NCBI GenBank assembly: GCA_036444275.1
Contig: JAZGAD010000014.1
Coordinates: forward strand, 1-64,000
Reading direction: 5' to 3'
DNA from: Candidatus Hydrothermarchaeales archaeon
GTDB taxonomy: Archaea; Hydrothermarchaeota; Hydrothermarchaeia; Hydrothermarchaeales; JAZGAD01
Length of the DNA stretch: 64,000 nt
Of the stretch, positions 58,301-60,276 are shown in pieces (position 1 is the first letter of the stretch; each line of letters opens with the position of its first letter). The notes beneath the pieces are model-generated. The model saw nothing but the letters and a program-made list of their open reading frames with translations, made no database searches and had not been told where the DNA came from. The position numbers were made by a program, and so were the translations under genes.

Positions 58301-58589
58301 GCAGAATCCGAAGTACAACGATGGTAAGCCCTACTTCGTCAACTTCAGGCCTTTGTTGCATTCGCCCCACAAGATCCCTGAAGCGGAGCTCGAGACATAC
58401 AAGAAATATGATGCGAGGTTACGAAAATGCGAGCTAATAATAGATGATATGAAAGCGAAAGGGATAGATACTTTCGACCTCGACCTCGAACTCAAGCTCG
58501 CGAATGACAAGCTCAAGCAGGGTGCGTTTAGGATGGCCGAGATCTACGTGGAGTCATTGGAGGGCAACGTGGAAAGGCAGATGAGGTAA
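25353..58589 (+). CDS. Giant 11,078-aa surface protein: signal sequence, repetitive extracellular beta-rich region, TM helix and cytoplasmic HerA/FtsK/VirB4-like (DUF87-type) ATPase
   Basis: Uninterrupted 33.2-kb ORF. N-terminal hydrophobic segment (ILAAWILPFILALAIFSSLL); repeated GWG / DDCG / GxQxW modules; poly-Gly plus CGNGICQPGENSENCPLDC; TM LGVLALILLITASAAGY (about 57400-57450); HCITAGATGSGKS, PVIVFDP, LIVMDEVH, REFRKWGIGIIMASQ. Confidence 0.92.
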   Translation: MKFKPPSRILAAWILPFILALAIFSSLLQPSSSITILNPNAHPKLGDNWSIHFSTTGSGILEIYDHSFPEEVEFIGLYAEIDDEYKKVQVSIKGDLITANWHYSSGEAIFKVLTPQEHSLEFRFGEQVVYAYNFADLLINLTAPSQVARGQVIEIGGEARNHDLADVSLIYVLPQGFEVVSGEKVKHCGTGYLCESSLVVDTSKAKLGEGVIKLQGCAYGVCESESINIFVDRVLTEKGEPVQEEVEVGKPVRWRQHIQVRNPLHAPVFNYSLPLPEDASGIAAPVIEEVKPGQKLGFDVIFYTGPVEVEEEDRNISLRSLIPKNALNIKIDGKVADAGALDIEIPAKLVRVKHNASLHYRDIPVSIGVSTKEVTVFYDANAGVLDVNSGQLEVVEGEVLGDQLTWVVPKLSEKRYWIAQVQRTQGKAEVNKTVGWTLKAGGTVVEYETPAPVMEEIPVENGTQMRVKSDVKYSNVTATASVPEGKNRTLRVNGKGEFKFADVPSFEVEATETGHALYWLNGSVELFNESRDVTSDSAHSVSFFDANGNGVNDSVTWNIPTLLEQNYLLQETAKVAEIRARVEDAKGYRLPVAPEIRLVDGKYKVTIPQGRGVKPGLYKLVVESEAGVEELWFKWGLISINTKKSMYHPGEEAEILMVVLDKEGHLVSNADVSFVVTNPIGVPTFFTTDDGSIVETQRGIYEASYLTFLESNYSLFATASADGVASTINSYFTVKEYYEFDILRDTPVTIDPQRGPFDSSIKVVSYTDASTFTLREYLPAEFSIVDAGGAKVTVVNDTKVLEWSDITNGSKVSYKFNTPYIWPYLYMMGPAEVEYASGTFIEARPWMLAVDPSTCEGNTCYEWFEDTPGYSASDGSTETYEWTPQSCPGTLNCYIQNITVKFRFTNPFSAIRTGFEIYFSNMSGGTTYYYPAYHGALSAGGQVGPQWACNYTDSAQPSGYLNNTCNLAPSDGFNKTTHNVTLVAPGKTLTDVLNIKYKWVWTPAMPQLSDVTVTPSSAGWGALRNFSAFYTDPQGDAGNVTLFAKTSTSGSFTSKNLTAITNGTTASIFYRFDITDFEALGVGWEYRLNASDNNTPPNSYLTSSYTFTVTKDATTFQNTEGDGAVINRSDSLPNNTVPLWSYIYDMENESLARANSAAGKIEGRIWINKNASAGYVGTDAHSAETDSDGKFKGTTELFNASGYFNPGCTYTTGQHVWYAETLAHTNYTQNDTLAINSGNNYTLYIWGTLSNSITSPDPPGKEYTVGENVPLYGTVYDDCSVLVTDANVTFRVYNATLGVDDNLTASYNPPQNRYEASWNSTGNSTGIYQVEMISNKSYHPVDTAQTNFTLVELITLNWTVVQGNGSISNRTGEEINTLVVRITDDATNPVTNENATLWITYDGTNSIQKITNESNSSGYLVYDFNATCDLDVGEQEWKLVMQDTTEFQNPNSWDDGNEYYTDIWGTTTLDFAYPIAGIYDMGGLIRHEGYVYDDCGSELDGATVNFTIVGPSTSPSPYYCENVEAPLAGLYKCNSTAGEGWDSSGMDEGWYNSTINVSKSYHYNNSVIKTNGTQSLFNLRLTPPDLFDADVQPRKDGWGKNYTFAVNITYAAGKNVSVLLYYQPQLMEEELLASTGNFTLPSYTYAVNFTDQTFNSTLVDKTVKFRYEIKYYPPGLGEQSVWTTITETGDYNQSNTTGVDDNEFYLEKDDVLLNYSAGNESTASLQVEATFVLRIWDITRGVWINATSTSVKFNVTKNWPSSENVTVNTTTTNATGYAFTDFLPDTSYSSGLQKWFGYIPDTDPYYKFNVSDIFDVNLSIHPPQLVNASVDKTTAGWGVNRTFSVEVTDTVDNATVSLWKTDTSGFVADTNWTFIAAKNYTDVGNWTQLNFTTSFSPSDIGGWYYKFNASDIAGNTNYTSESSYTFTVDKDDVILEYVQGDDSPANRSDNQIDRLIVKVKDENGSYIGNLSVTFKVTFDGSIYDTGTANNTNTSGYAIYNFNPGCSSPKYGVGVQNWTAVSSETNAYKSNSSSIYNLTIWGDNVITFDRPAPYPTGYYAVGDRVPFRVLIKDECGDELGKNEDSDKEVKFYAIGPDTSPQTYDCGTVSSSLTGLYECESAAGGWNTTGKSAGDYNATADVSLAYYYINNSINNRIVPERDNLTLASGSGWFRLYVPSQPPDLTAADVNPRKDGWGKNRTFSVNVTSPKSGKNITVVLEVKKSGEDYAQIGDAQNWTSGGTGSSKILEWNVSFYPANVSVLPYKFKFTATDEDLEEDVTNIPAEYTNTTPLEGIDENEFKIEKDDVLLNYTAGNGSLVNLQVEATFVLRIWDITRGVWVNTTSASVKFNVTKNWPSSENVTVNTTATNATGHAFTDFLPDTSYSSGLQKWFGYISDTDPYYKFNVSDIFDVNLSIHPPQLVNASVDKETAGWGVNRTFSIEVRDTVDNATLSLWRSSQIVGQPWYLIAEKNYTDVGNWVQLNFTTSFSPSLIDTWYYKFNASDIAGNTNSTDVVSTRNFTIDKDDVILEYVQGDDSTANRSGNQIDPLIVKVRDENGSYVGNLSVTFKVTYDGSNYDSGTPKDTNGSGYAIYNFDPVCTPTKYQVGVQNWTAEVLETNAYKSNSSSIYNLTVRAEFNNTITKPPGNENYTLGDTLTFQAVIRDDCNDNLDGVTANFYASNATVEYDCGNVTLILSGTGIYECTWASGLAEEGWYNVTLNTTLGNYHYYSDTTKYDQPGLFYLLFKEQPPDLNSANVTPRKDGWSLNRTFTVNVTSPKNGKNVTVWLELKKGGGSYNPEGDEQNWTSGGPGSFSILEWNISFSSTDVDLWFFKFQAKDADGVTDTTSLTESGDYVNDTNEFNVEKDDVNISYIYGNETEIATLSNPSTFILKICDEDANTCNLTPSAKVKFNVTKDGIGTDYYAARGTDGNDYNYTNGTGHVVFEFLPDTSWNSTKQSWIGYVVDDYYNFTTSGTYNVTVDLNKNPDILNETVNGVTEDAKQGWGFVFNFSVMVKDDKNTNTTVELWVDTANTTGSTYKKVNETLCESCGSDWKEINLTVRFNSSDIGPASYYFKAIDNTSNPNQTTSHAFTIEEDEVTFEVSPGSNGTNVIVNRSAAQGNLRLAVRLRDENTSYVGANASTTLYVTTSGSTFDSGRDIDTNASGYVNYDFLPTCSNPEYEVGLHNWYVKVKDSDSLYQPNQSEYYVFRVIGTLSNTITEPLGSPTYNQWQTILLEGNVYNYCGEGIEINNTLAGENLTFTLINGTNNYTCTDIVKSGVNTYKCYWAPFASNAIRGWYNLNMFSNKSGYYANETTRLNSFYLQTPPKLEDAKVDPTDEGWGYTFNFSVNVTDNIDDNVTVTFYDKRSGDESWTLVSEQNWTADGTTGRLYWNKSYASTYAGETMYFKFDADDTEGFDDTIGGVGESWEFKLRKDDVELLYIQGNESVVDRLGAQTTRFILYANDTDRAAQAYPPAATVYFNVTKDWENYTAATNLTGQNYNYTNASGYVTLDFNATCEQNVGKQKWIGYILNDDAYKDNVSAEFNVTVVGDLINNITQPDGEEYNQTDPVPLRGRVTDECGNSILGINDTVTFTVSNGTANYLCTPVEDQGNGYYNCTFDTNLSMAPGWYNITMNSSAGDNYNNATLTKQAFRLTPGNVEPYLSDAQVTPASEGWGITRNFSVEVMDLNSDDVNVILFLSPDGTNWVEIGNDTCPGCSNWQTLTFPYSFSRENYSTNNTWQFRFNASDGNVTVTLSNTTGAILERDNVSVVLDQGDGAIVNRSGDQTVSPILRLQVVDNDNSSITVAADVTGRFYVTVDNSSWGSAINKNTTTGGNLSLDFNPNCTSPKYYTGVQQWRGETNGDFYYDDNSSINYTLYIYGELIATIDQPNGTQTYAPGQNVTMEFNVVDECGDNVTGMTPQNFTVNLTHSNYSDLCTNIQVVGNGSYNCTWNSSGAVGGNYTIAIDLGKDYYNSNSTTRQDAFSINVAPTLENVGVDPTSNYWGTTFTFNVTVTDEDDTVTLKLWHRCISSLGTSDSCDSIRDWTQVDTTETCPDCTAELRQFTNTTGDTSVGIWEWFINATDQDGNEVNTTPENYTVTKRGVIISYNNKGNNSWVNRSDNNVTVLEVRMRDAENPTGWLTSSDGNGFYRVTTNGSNWGPNMTGAQLDSQGRLKGPGGADFEFDPTCTSPTYQTGEQKWSAVFNGTKKYYYNESANYTLYIRDYLINNITYPDGEPFDKNTYMDLNGTVVDSCGGVDNSTANVVFGFIRNLTGASVPPSCGAPTNPSGGNYTCNESLANDNFGYYHVWMNTTVNDYPYHPNITLYREFVFKVAATPELKDPVVAPTLQGWGYNFAFNVSYRDNEDLSGENNNISLYKAYNQSGPWYLIETKNEDYWTTTFKNITYYSTFNKSDLDNATAADGVIYFFFNATDTNSFTDNTTVKNFTIERDNVTVVATSGEGENVTRLGSGTILLQVQINDNDTAGQPAVAGANGSIFIIGVNKTTNITDASGYLSYNLNPGCSPLYPAGLNYWTGGIDGDAYYFDRNSSPNSNFTVIGQLYNNLTEPLQPTYNVTENITIKFYVTTDCSGEGNQTVSGRTITLIHNQSGANSSCGTINYNPADATYNCTWDPTGKPEGNYTIIINTSNQSFNSVSATWTNRFELINQPPVVDAVNLTVDPDEGGWGATYLYKVFVEDPEGDDVTCTLYVNTTGSWVEKGSNTTTGGVGNCSVTVDGFNKSDYDYNVTQANPISFMFEINDTGSNEPFNTSDTVGQVYQPALQEDNIQIIHIQGNNSEVNRSGVQATTFILLVNDLDKGTYLSNPNVTVKFNITTDGSNYQLDGSNFTNSTGYAIYNFDPNGTYDVGVQNWTAFVEGDTYYANNASAVFNVTIYGIFETLDAGPFNFSSNTFDKTYPRGENVTIRGNVTDDNSTLVSGATVNFTLVRNGVYYGCMPPIANGEGNGSYNCTFETGGKPAGWYNLSMNVTKGDFYYENTTIFEEFLFVETSPVLTNPQLNTSKNGDNIGGWGEKFNFSVVVTDEDGDTVYAVLWTRRNASYSWTEIENKSCTNCNNTVVYHEETGAYSCNKFDDSDLGTWEFKWNATDVASYPSTGDGDVYTNETVNESYTVEKDNVSVTLVSGNNETVWRNGSDSETLTVLVYDIDKEENPTTQAKGAIWVTTTTFNGSLEGTSYVSVFNDYANPSGQLTKNFDPSCSYEVGWQHWIGGTYGSECYMDANSTQGPFNLTMKSYLEGVVQNVNQTPPYYEVSEKINITFYVNDDCEGTYGGMGGADVIKLNLSSGGWSNEYTTGFIDYGNGTYVYEWDSAVGVYGWYNTSLELNQSYYYNKTGGDDNVTFDREELFYLDTRPLLQTAAVNQTDNGWGETWKFTVECKDSDGDPANLTLWKRLQDSPASEWEYVDSQTCSNTGFELKTFIETFNYTDITPAGNVTNYKFNISDPYDYGSELIGPEDITVEPDDIGYTTVVGDEEGVDRLGNDTVRLAILVVDQDRGNTPVLEGTGMTFNITSDYVTYDTIYPATVNSTGWMNLDFNATCTHLAGQQKWIGDEADYRYKGIPFGAFDVFVTGQLYTDLITPPDGQPYNVSDPVPTNLSVFTDCAPEGNVTGATVTIGFSPNETSWENFTATDGGDGYYNVTWDSTGNIEANWSIIANASLSNYTDNVTKWSSRFELINQPPVVDAVNLTVDPEEEGWGATYIYTVFVDDPEGDDVTCTLYVNTTGSWVEKGSNTTTGGVGNCSVTVSGFNKSDYDYNLSNPISFMFEINDTGSGEPFNTSDKVGAIYAPSFQEDNVSITYYGGDNGTTITRKLQSATFIFNTTDTDSGGVAYNASGAVWVTKTGSSDWDSGTSDTTNASGYLIVEIAPGCDYDTGVRNVMGGINDTYYEDVNTTESLMITLTGGMSLQAWSQNESDDQDQTIYRDDNLTIKANITDECGAQVDGVNVTFTLSNGSQNFTCSVNNESNGIYNCTIETNSTMSAGWYNMTLNSTKQNFAPNTTLFKNFLFIETEPVLTGAVVNSSQNGDNTGGWGETFTFNVTASDEDGDNMTVCLYLSKNGESFWQEYCNSTVNGINQLVSRDRIFPDDSWMGNWEFKWNVTDDGDDPITGDTKYNDTTLNISFIVERDDLSILEEDGDEATVSRLGDNKTLLNVSIRDIDKLENVSGFQDLLTKAYVTLDNYTWDWGKTKSVSGDYRYIEFNPNCSYSVGEQKWKFVTGDITEYKPTESDNYTLYITSILVPNLTEPQGGIYIKDSQDVIINATVEDYDTDCDPVDDSTVNFTFTNLDGTKYYAETTTPTVTSLGEGNYTYNLTAARNDGMKYGWYNVTVHANRSYYSNDEVVNYTVYKAFKLTSIPKFDPEDIVFTVPSGSGYYWGEPWTISVNIRDYDNDNVNVTLYKRKVGETSWDYLNDSLCDNDCQNTKTISFVQNFSCADRGDIEWNVTLTDLNNFTVSTTENQSINKDLSYVTHEFGGGETVNRTGLNKLPMIVRVADKTRGYVLVGSGVNGSFYITNGTDNVWAERYTNQTNTSSRLTLFFDPTENYTLGNQYWDGGVEGDNCYTNKNISTGNQTFNIKGQLLINMEQPTTNVTPVIVNDNVTIRFNVTTDAAWEGYQNETTSVDVQLSRDGSSVACTYGPYNEGNGSYNCTWVTVTLDGGMWNMTITVSKSPNYNTNVTLFENWFNLSNTKPNATDINVTPSTGGWGRNFTYRVFVNDSQQANVTCALYTNTTGDFVYKGNDTVAGGLGNCTINVTFSPDDITPSAEFYFVIDDGTEGNKFNTSTQTGPIIERDNITIAFVYNSTDEVNRSGTNSITFIFFVNDTDRQEGAYTPNATVGLYVTTDGENYSLANTSYTNSSGYVTFVFDPDDTYNAGVQDWKANVTGDYAYKDASTGVFNVRIWGDLGYQFEQPLGERIMRGQNVTVRLNVTDERATPVLISNASVEILLTSNRTGDDFTCQVENETSPAGIYNCTFLTNSSVPTGAYNITLTAKKSYYNNISTDIEYVFGVSSFFLETKPALESPTVVSRMANGSIGDGGWGEDWTFSVNVTDIDLDNVTVKLWLNLTGTWSDEGTAYVVGENQTVSFTFNDTDNVITSSHIGNRSFKFNITDSRFANETDIVNFTVYRDDVGFAVVSGNGSANRSSRPSFLLRVQMWDADTGDPVGTFRNARFYYTKDGNTSNYYTYSTNTGPGGEYAENTLDLSSIVKSCAYTIGPQYWFVDYNYDLASDSELKETNSTLYNWTLITDPLVVSIVSPVDEESRLKGVDSVNLTGRVTDDCVSELGGVENATVVFKIVGLSTTDTFTDVTNGSDGWYNYTINDTSGYQYGKYNVTMNVSKQYYNSTVEVEVDAFALASVPEVSGLDAEDDPSVNSYATESSWGEVWVFSATVKDADYGNGNVTLWVNNSGSWIPQNSTLRSFTSAGIGVSFKEYSLFTGDDVGVQYFKFNATDNYNYTDEKMANVTVNPDDLYIDYVSGGGDTVNREGSGTVRFIVTAYDKDRIMYLGAGRNGSFWVTTTGVVSGPRDSGTVNYTNGSGYLILDFDPDSNVHGVGTQYLDGGIYGDSWYVDRNLSQDDVTNYPVTIVGQLKVNLEQPYDPSGQYEAIVTDNITIRFNVSTDNTSMGPASDLQADATTSVEIIDFDGNVLPSACSSAGEGNGWYNCTWDTSIGGLLEGNYSIRINSSFTPNYNPNSTTYINLTRLINTEPNGTIANTTLNVTPPAGGWGENFTFTVNVSDTQGDNVTCILFVTTDNGTTWMTKGEKLITDTKPENKKICEINTTFTSDDITYSNNATFKFQLNDSTEGNIYNTTNGSGPVIEPDNVTVSYVFGGLRVNRTSDGSSSVPLILRIYDNDTEGYVPQGVNGTIWITVNGSDYDPGNSNLTNDSGYLIYNFTPSCSNYDLGVQYWIGGATDPAYERKNTTQNFTFEIQGVLETAITAPTGQPRYLKGSQNATLKGTVKECSADPNVDDANVTFKLTAKLTNQTYQCTGTLLSTGTYKCDLDFAAMDAGWYDVKMNSSKAYNYNDSVTSTDVFFVVSKPELSDANVTNRTGGWGERFTFTVNLTDEDEDNVTVGLYLNKDESWELKNSTSVIGNGSNQTVTLTYAGFTLSDMGVWEFYLNATDNSTCSPFCPNTVTTPVDNFTVEEDDVRFEVVAGDGEMVWRNGSASATRTLEVQVFDDDRNVSIDGPKLNFWITVNGTDWRLEQGGEGGDSNGYVDINFKPTCANGYQVGIQDWKVETTGTTLDYYKAVNSTNYSIKVQGELNLSILIPKYPSSYLAGTSVPLSGKVIDDCGADMDNTSTSVTYTFKRGGSEYSNSTTIYVGNGTYNSSWDNPPTVYGYYNLTMTVSKSYYGINSTKELNATFISSKPWLDDDTADLDFESGGDGGWGEDFTFSVQVFDNDLNEVNVSLWKRQQLEDGNWSNWSLIDSAMKNDTQWTYFTTSFTSSDMGLNSWKFIAVDTWNYTNETTVKNFTILPNDIEIKQYAEPGAVGRLLSPQTLGVKFKDSDRNEYTNGINGTIYITEKGYDTDHNWTYECVSENVGIFNGVCAVEYPPNCTSTIGIQNWIVELTDPRYKTPINYTKNITVKGQLNTTILTPSEDNTSVNRNTSVVLKVNVSDECKNTIDTAQVSWKNETEDEIAINDTKDGINGTYIATWNISGTYKLGPETIYATASSVDNYYDANFDTNYSDNIGVLVYGWSYIKTMSPANGTEVRAGNNQQVTCTVYDNSTGQSISDYNVSFYVDGVYRNSTTTVGATATWTWYVNTSHGNKNVSCDITDDSELYYNITSPNENSTIIKVDRPLLIDSISVSPDSIWRNDSFWPTKPIETTITVHVWDADLGNAVNATVWFNISDEINNISWSQTNSTGYANITYNPPYNLTPGMHPIRINATPANESLIAASATNLTEVQVRGVLNVNITAPPDPLLEFSFKKSETIWLNATVTSENGDVVNATVKWFNVSTVNIGLNDTNETMWDPDLLAQQDTGEDLLINATAYKDYYDTNSGYLFINITGTANVSWVSPTQGQQYPNPFNLTCNVTDSVSGAIISGYNVSFWYKYPNENFTYNGTIPTDSEGNATYIWTPPKPGEPYMTFMCNISDYTEENYKASDDKNSSSMNIPVTDMTPPFFDTFLVTPNESIEAWETINITVNVTDDKGINVVYVQIGEYNGTLQNYTMNNLTPVEPDEPAIYFYNYTPEWGGDYNATIYAEDTSARNNGNWSHTEYFTIWGKADGVTDNTPPPPSQVALYNIYYDRGQTFNLTINFTNNGDGTAYAVNLTIYDNQPTLVINYTPNYKYPNYMQLYDVNAGVTNLTEVNVTIPAATTARTIYIYGNVTWRNPDKTINSSIAQTVVLVYENPVLNVTDDSYQPELQLEDVRHGDKKEGTVIVQSIGNANIRNINISRDDGALDNLGTDCPYCNVTFNDDTVYSIPSLPLGVTSTVTVVVDVPFGQAPMSYTSHIKTISENAAAKTILMNVTVAGNATWYAETSYADPSTLGNITAFHPNQSGYTKGTMGKITLTNIGNVRISYAITVPHKNTEMNGTTIEVNGQYPPDPVSIPEPYLQPAGTKRTLEINYTIPTTADRGLYCKNIMIDVTKAEPVKVEDAKPFSLNIPFCLEVTDPKYNWSHSKTNISMEVIQGTDGFLGTLNITNLGNVEFYLEVNKSVEIIAVSNLTLGLGVNKTQEVSLNYSAPVTHELKNYTYYFKTVNASGEPTERITYINLTVQPYFINITQPTKDAQKKGVFGGDEILIRVNVTYNGTAVNDTGDMNWIVTLFNSTYSKDYTPSAPLDEVYDNVTEQFNLTILVPNIAQRAYDLKVTATYSPKNLVLADVENDAIVYNDTIDPVLNLVVPGEVTVGQSVEILLNVTDAGSINESTVSANITDPNQITFDLNMSSIDKQGDTYRYNNVSIPTLEGTYTIDVTACDVSGRCASNSTSFNAYIKVDINGTAKDSTSQLAEVSFKFYDNGTTNLAPNGSFSNNVTEGYSRTFYARFYDLEISAFGHVIKFENLNVSDHLNDPIRLDEFKEGDISENNLNLPLGRRLLKGIGVKTNFTNLTTEKVTLILNYSGTVPNDEDSIKIYRCPGSSWTFEPDSARGCTNWEELGGTPYKPAQTIQFEVENFSAYAITEEKPTVPQITLTAPTGGETWADNQSITYTYYDPNGNNLDVYIWYSNDSGATWNYIYNKTYTDTGTQKTGSYSWDTTSRPDGSYLINITVTDTDGMTNEDISGASFTIDNIDDDPPTVTLTKEPSDSTCSQDLFFEGKAIDARSNISAVEYRVDGGSWINATPIDGAFDSLEEEFNFTTGTLSFESHAIEIRANDSSGTSGYSTPLYKPKEVTRACQEIKIPSGGGGGGGGGGGISPTCGNGICQPGENSENCPLDCAPTNATNASVIMQREIERLREQLEEIRQTISDTANETAERVRTMPTISPFTIQTNLAEVELHPGEEKWYSIWISNHLSRDQKARLSAMGVGAQFIEMYVDSVKLFTEATVTLKPESTQHIKVRVYSLPTTIPSIYTADILLRVNGQNHTIPVTITITPEREALLDVKVEALTKRLTPGKLIKYHVSLYNLGFKKKFDVHMVYKIKDVETEKLIDWYEEELALETTLSFVKTYPMENLTLSIGSYFIEIEAIYEKNRTASAADIFEIVQPFWNRTRRLGVLALILLITASAAGYRARKWYLAQKLAKARYLFPVAEDKLPKGELWLGKIAETDIKATFDMDDLMVHCITAGATGSGKSVSAMVIVEEVLKQNIPVIVFDPTAQWTGFVRPCRAEKMLAFYPNFGLKETDARPFKGMIFEVTDPFEMADIDYRKYMNPGEVTIFALDKLEPQEFDKAVKNIIDALFKISWEESPHLKVLIVMDEVHRLLEKYLSMGGIVSELEGYKSIEKACREFRKWGIGIIMASQILSDFKETLRGNVMTEIQLFTKAEEDRQRVADKYGAEYAQRITKQEVGVALVQNPKYNDGKPYFVNFRPLLHSPHKIPEAELETYKKYDARLRKCELIIDDMKAKGIDTFDLDLELKLANDKLKQGAFRMAEIYVESLEGNVERQMR
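30471..33250 (+). repeat. Intragenic duplication with 1,782-nt offset
   Basis: About 30471-31470 recurs at about 32253-33250 with long near-identical tracts (e.g. GATCCCTATTACAAATTCAATGTCTCTGATATCTTTGATGTTAATCTTTCTATTCATCCACCGCAGCTCGTCAATGCCTCGGTGGATAA). Confidence 0.9.
39335..42740 (+). repeat. Intragenic duplication of about 330 nt with 3,081-nt offset
   Basis: ELINQPPVVDAVNLTVDP...CTLYVNTTGSWVEKGSNTTTGGVGNCSVTV...ISFMFEINDTGS is encoded at about 39335-39660 and again at about 42416-42740 with high nucleotide identity. Confidence 0.85.
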
Positions 58590-58610
58590 TTAAAGAAACA
58601 GGTGCGTGCT

Positions 58611-60266
58611 ATGGCTGACGAAGAGAGGGACCCGACATTACAGGAGATCTTACTCAAGCTTGAGAAGATAGATGGAAAGCTGGAGATAGTGGATAGATTC
58701 AGAGAAACCACTGACGAGAGATCCTCCAGGCTGTCTGAGCAGATAGGCGAACTGCGCACCATGCTCCTGGAGAGGGAGCGGACCTCGCGGAACATGGAGA
58801 TGGACTTCGAGAAGATAAAAGTCCTGGTGAAAGAACTAGATCCAATGGCCCTTGTAAAGGAGTCAGAAAAGAAAGAGAAGAAGATCATCGAGAACAAGGT
58901 CAAGGTAGAGAAACTTGAGAACATGATCGCAAAGCTCGGTGAGGAGGTCGGAGCTTTCAGAGATGTGATGGAGAAGATAAAGAGCTTTGAGAACCTCGTG
59001 GAGATGGCCAAGGATGTGAAGAAGAAGATCTCAGATATAGAGGACAGTAAGAGATACACAGATAGGCTTGCTGGGAAGGTGGAGAGCATCTTCTCAGAGC
59101 TGAACGAGAAGATCCTAGAGCTGGAGGAGTACAAGGGGAAGATAACGAAGGCAGACGAGCTGACCAAGGAGCTTGTGAAATCGACGGACAGGCTCGAATT
59201 AAAGCTCGGCGACGTAGCAGAAAGGACAGATAGGCTTCCCACAGTTGTTGAATTCGAGGACAAGATCGAGGGTCTCGCTGCCTCGATGCGTTTCCTGACA
59301 AAGAAGATCAGAATGCAGGAGCTGGATGAGGTAAGCAGCGACCTGGGCAGAAGGATGAAGGAACTCAGCACAGGGATGCCTGAGCTGGAGAGGGTGAGGG
59401 AGCTTGCAGGGGAGAGGAGGAGAATCATGGAGCTCATGATGAGTGTTGATGAGGACTACAAAAAAGAATTAATTTCCAAGGAGAGCTACGAAGAGGTGAA
59501 GCGGAAGAACGAGGAGATGCTCAAAGGCATCAAAGAGTCTATAAAGACAGATCTGGGCCACCTGGTGAGCTCTCTAGAAGTGGAAGTCGAGCAGGAACTG
59601 GAGAAGTTTGCTGAGACTATGCCCACCGAGGAAGAATTGGAGGCAGAGATAGAGGTGCCTGAGCCTCTGATTCCAGCTCCAGAGGAATTCAAAGCAGAAG
59701 CACCTGCGTTTGAGGCACCGCCACTAGAAATAGGGGCAGAAAAAGGAGAATTTGAGAAAGCCTTTGAGAGGCAGGCAGAGGCTTTCCCAGAATTTAAACC
59801 GATTCCGCCGCCCGCTGGAGTAGAGCCCGAACCGAAAGTAGTTAAGCCAGAGCTTAAGGTGGAGCCTAGGGTGGAGCCTGTGAAGCCGAGGATAGAACCA
59901 AAAGTAGAGCCTAGGATAGAGCCGAAGGTAGAAGCGAGAGTAGTTAAACCAGAGCCTCCGACGCCTGTGAAAGTACCGGTTGCCGCAGAGCAAGCGGTAA
60001 AGCCAGAAGCAGTAACTGTTAAGGCAGAAGCACCTACCCCAAAACCATCGTTGGCGCTTGAAAAATTAGATGCCGCTTCTATCGAGAATAAATTGAATGT
60101 AATAGAGACCGAGAGGGGGGTGGTTCAGAACCTCCTTGATGGTCTTTCCGCTGAATTGGATTATAGAAAACGAGAGCAAATGGAAAAGAGATATGGGGAT
60201 AGGCTAGAGAAGATATCTCAGACTCAAGCTGAGTTAAAGAAGCTGAAAGAGAGGGCAGCGCCCTGA
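58611..60266 (+). CDS. Coiled-coil protein with Pro/Glu/Lys-rich linker
   Basis: Long E/K-rich heptad region, (V/I)EP(K/R) repeats, C-terminal helical hairpin; starts 21 nt after the giant ORF stop (alternative GTG start at 58602). Confidence 0.85.
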   Translation: MADEERDPTLQEILLKLEKIDGKLEIVDRFRETTDERSSRLSEQIGELRTMLLERERTSRNMEMDFEKIKVLVKELDPMALVKESEKKEKKIIENKVKVEKLENMIAKLGEEVGAFRDVMEKIKSFENLVEMAKDVKKKISDIEDSKRYTDRLAGKVESIFSELNEKILELEEYKGKITKADELTKELVKSTDRLELKLGDVAERTDRLPTVVEFEDKIEGLAASMRFLTKKIRMQELDEVSSDLGRRMKELSTGMPELERVRELAGERRRIMELMMSVDEDYKKELISKESYEEVKRKNEEMLKGIKESIKTDLGHLVSSLEVEVEQELEKFAETMPTEEELEAEIEVPEPLIPAPEEFKAEAPAFEAPPLEIGAEKGEFEKAFERQAEAFPEFKPIPPPAGVEPEPKVVKPELKVEPRVEPVKPRIEPKVEPRIEPKVEARVVKPEPPTPVKVPVAAEQAVKPEAVTVKAEAPTPKPSLALEKLDAASIENKLNVIETERGVVQNLLDGLSAELDYRKREQMEKRYGDRLEKISQTQAELKKLKERAAP

Positions 60267-60276
60267 TGTGATTAAA

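Noticed and set aside
25893-58516. Numerous antisense and alternate-frame ORFs inside the giant gene (e.g. 36252-37169, 57468-58370)
   Set aside because: Shadow ORFs produced by codon bias of the real ORF; no recognisable motifs.
57500-58589. DNA-repair helicase HerA or a conjugative VirB4 locus
   Set aside because: No HAS barrel and no nurA/mre11/rad50; no relaxase or other T4SS genes visible; the domain is fused to a TM helix and a surface region.
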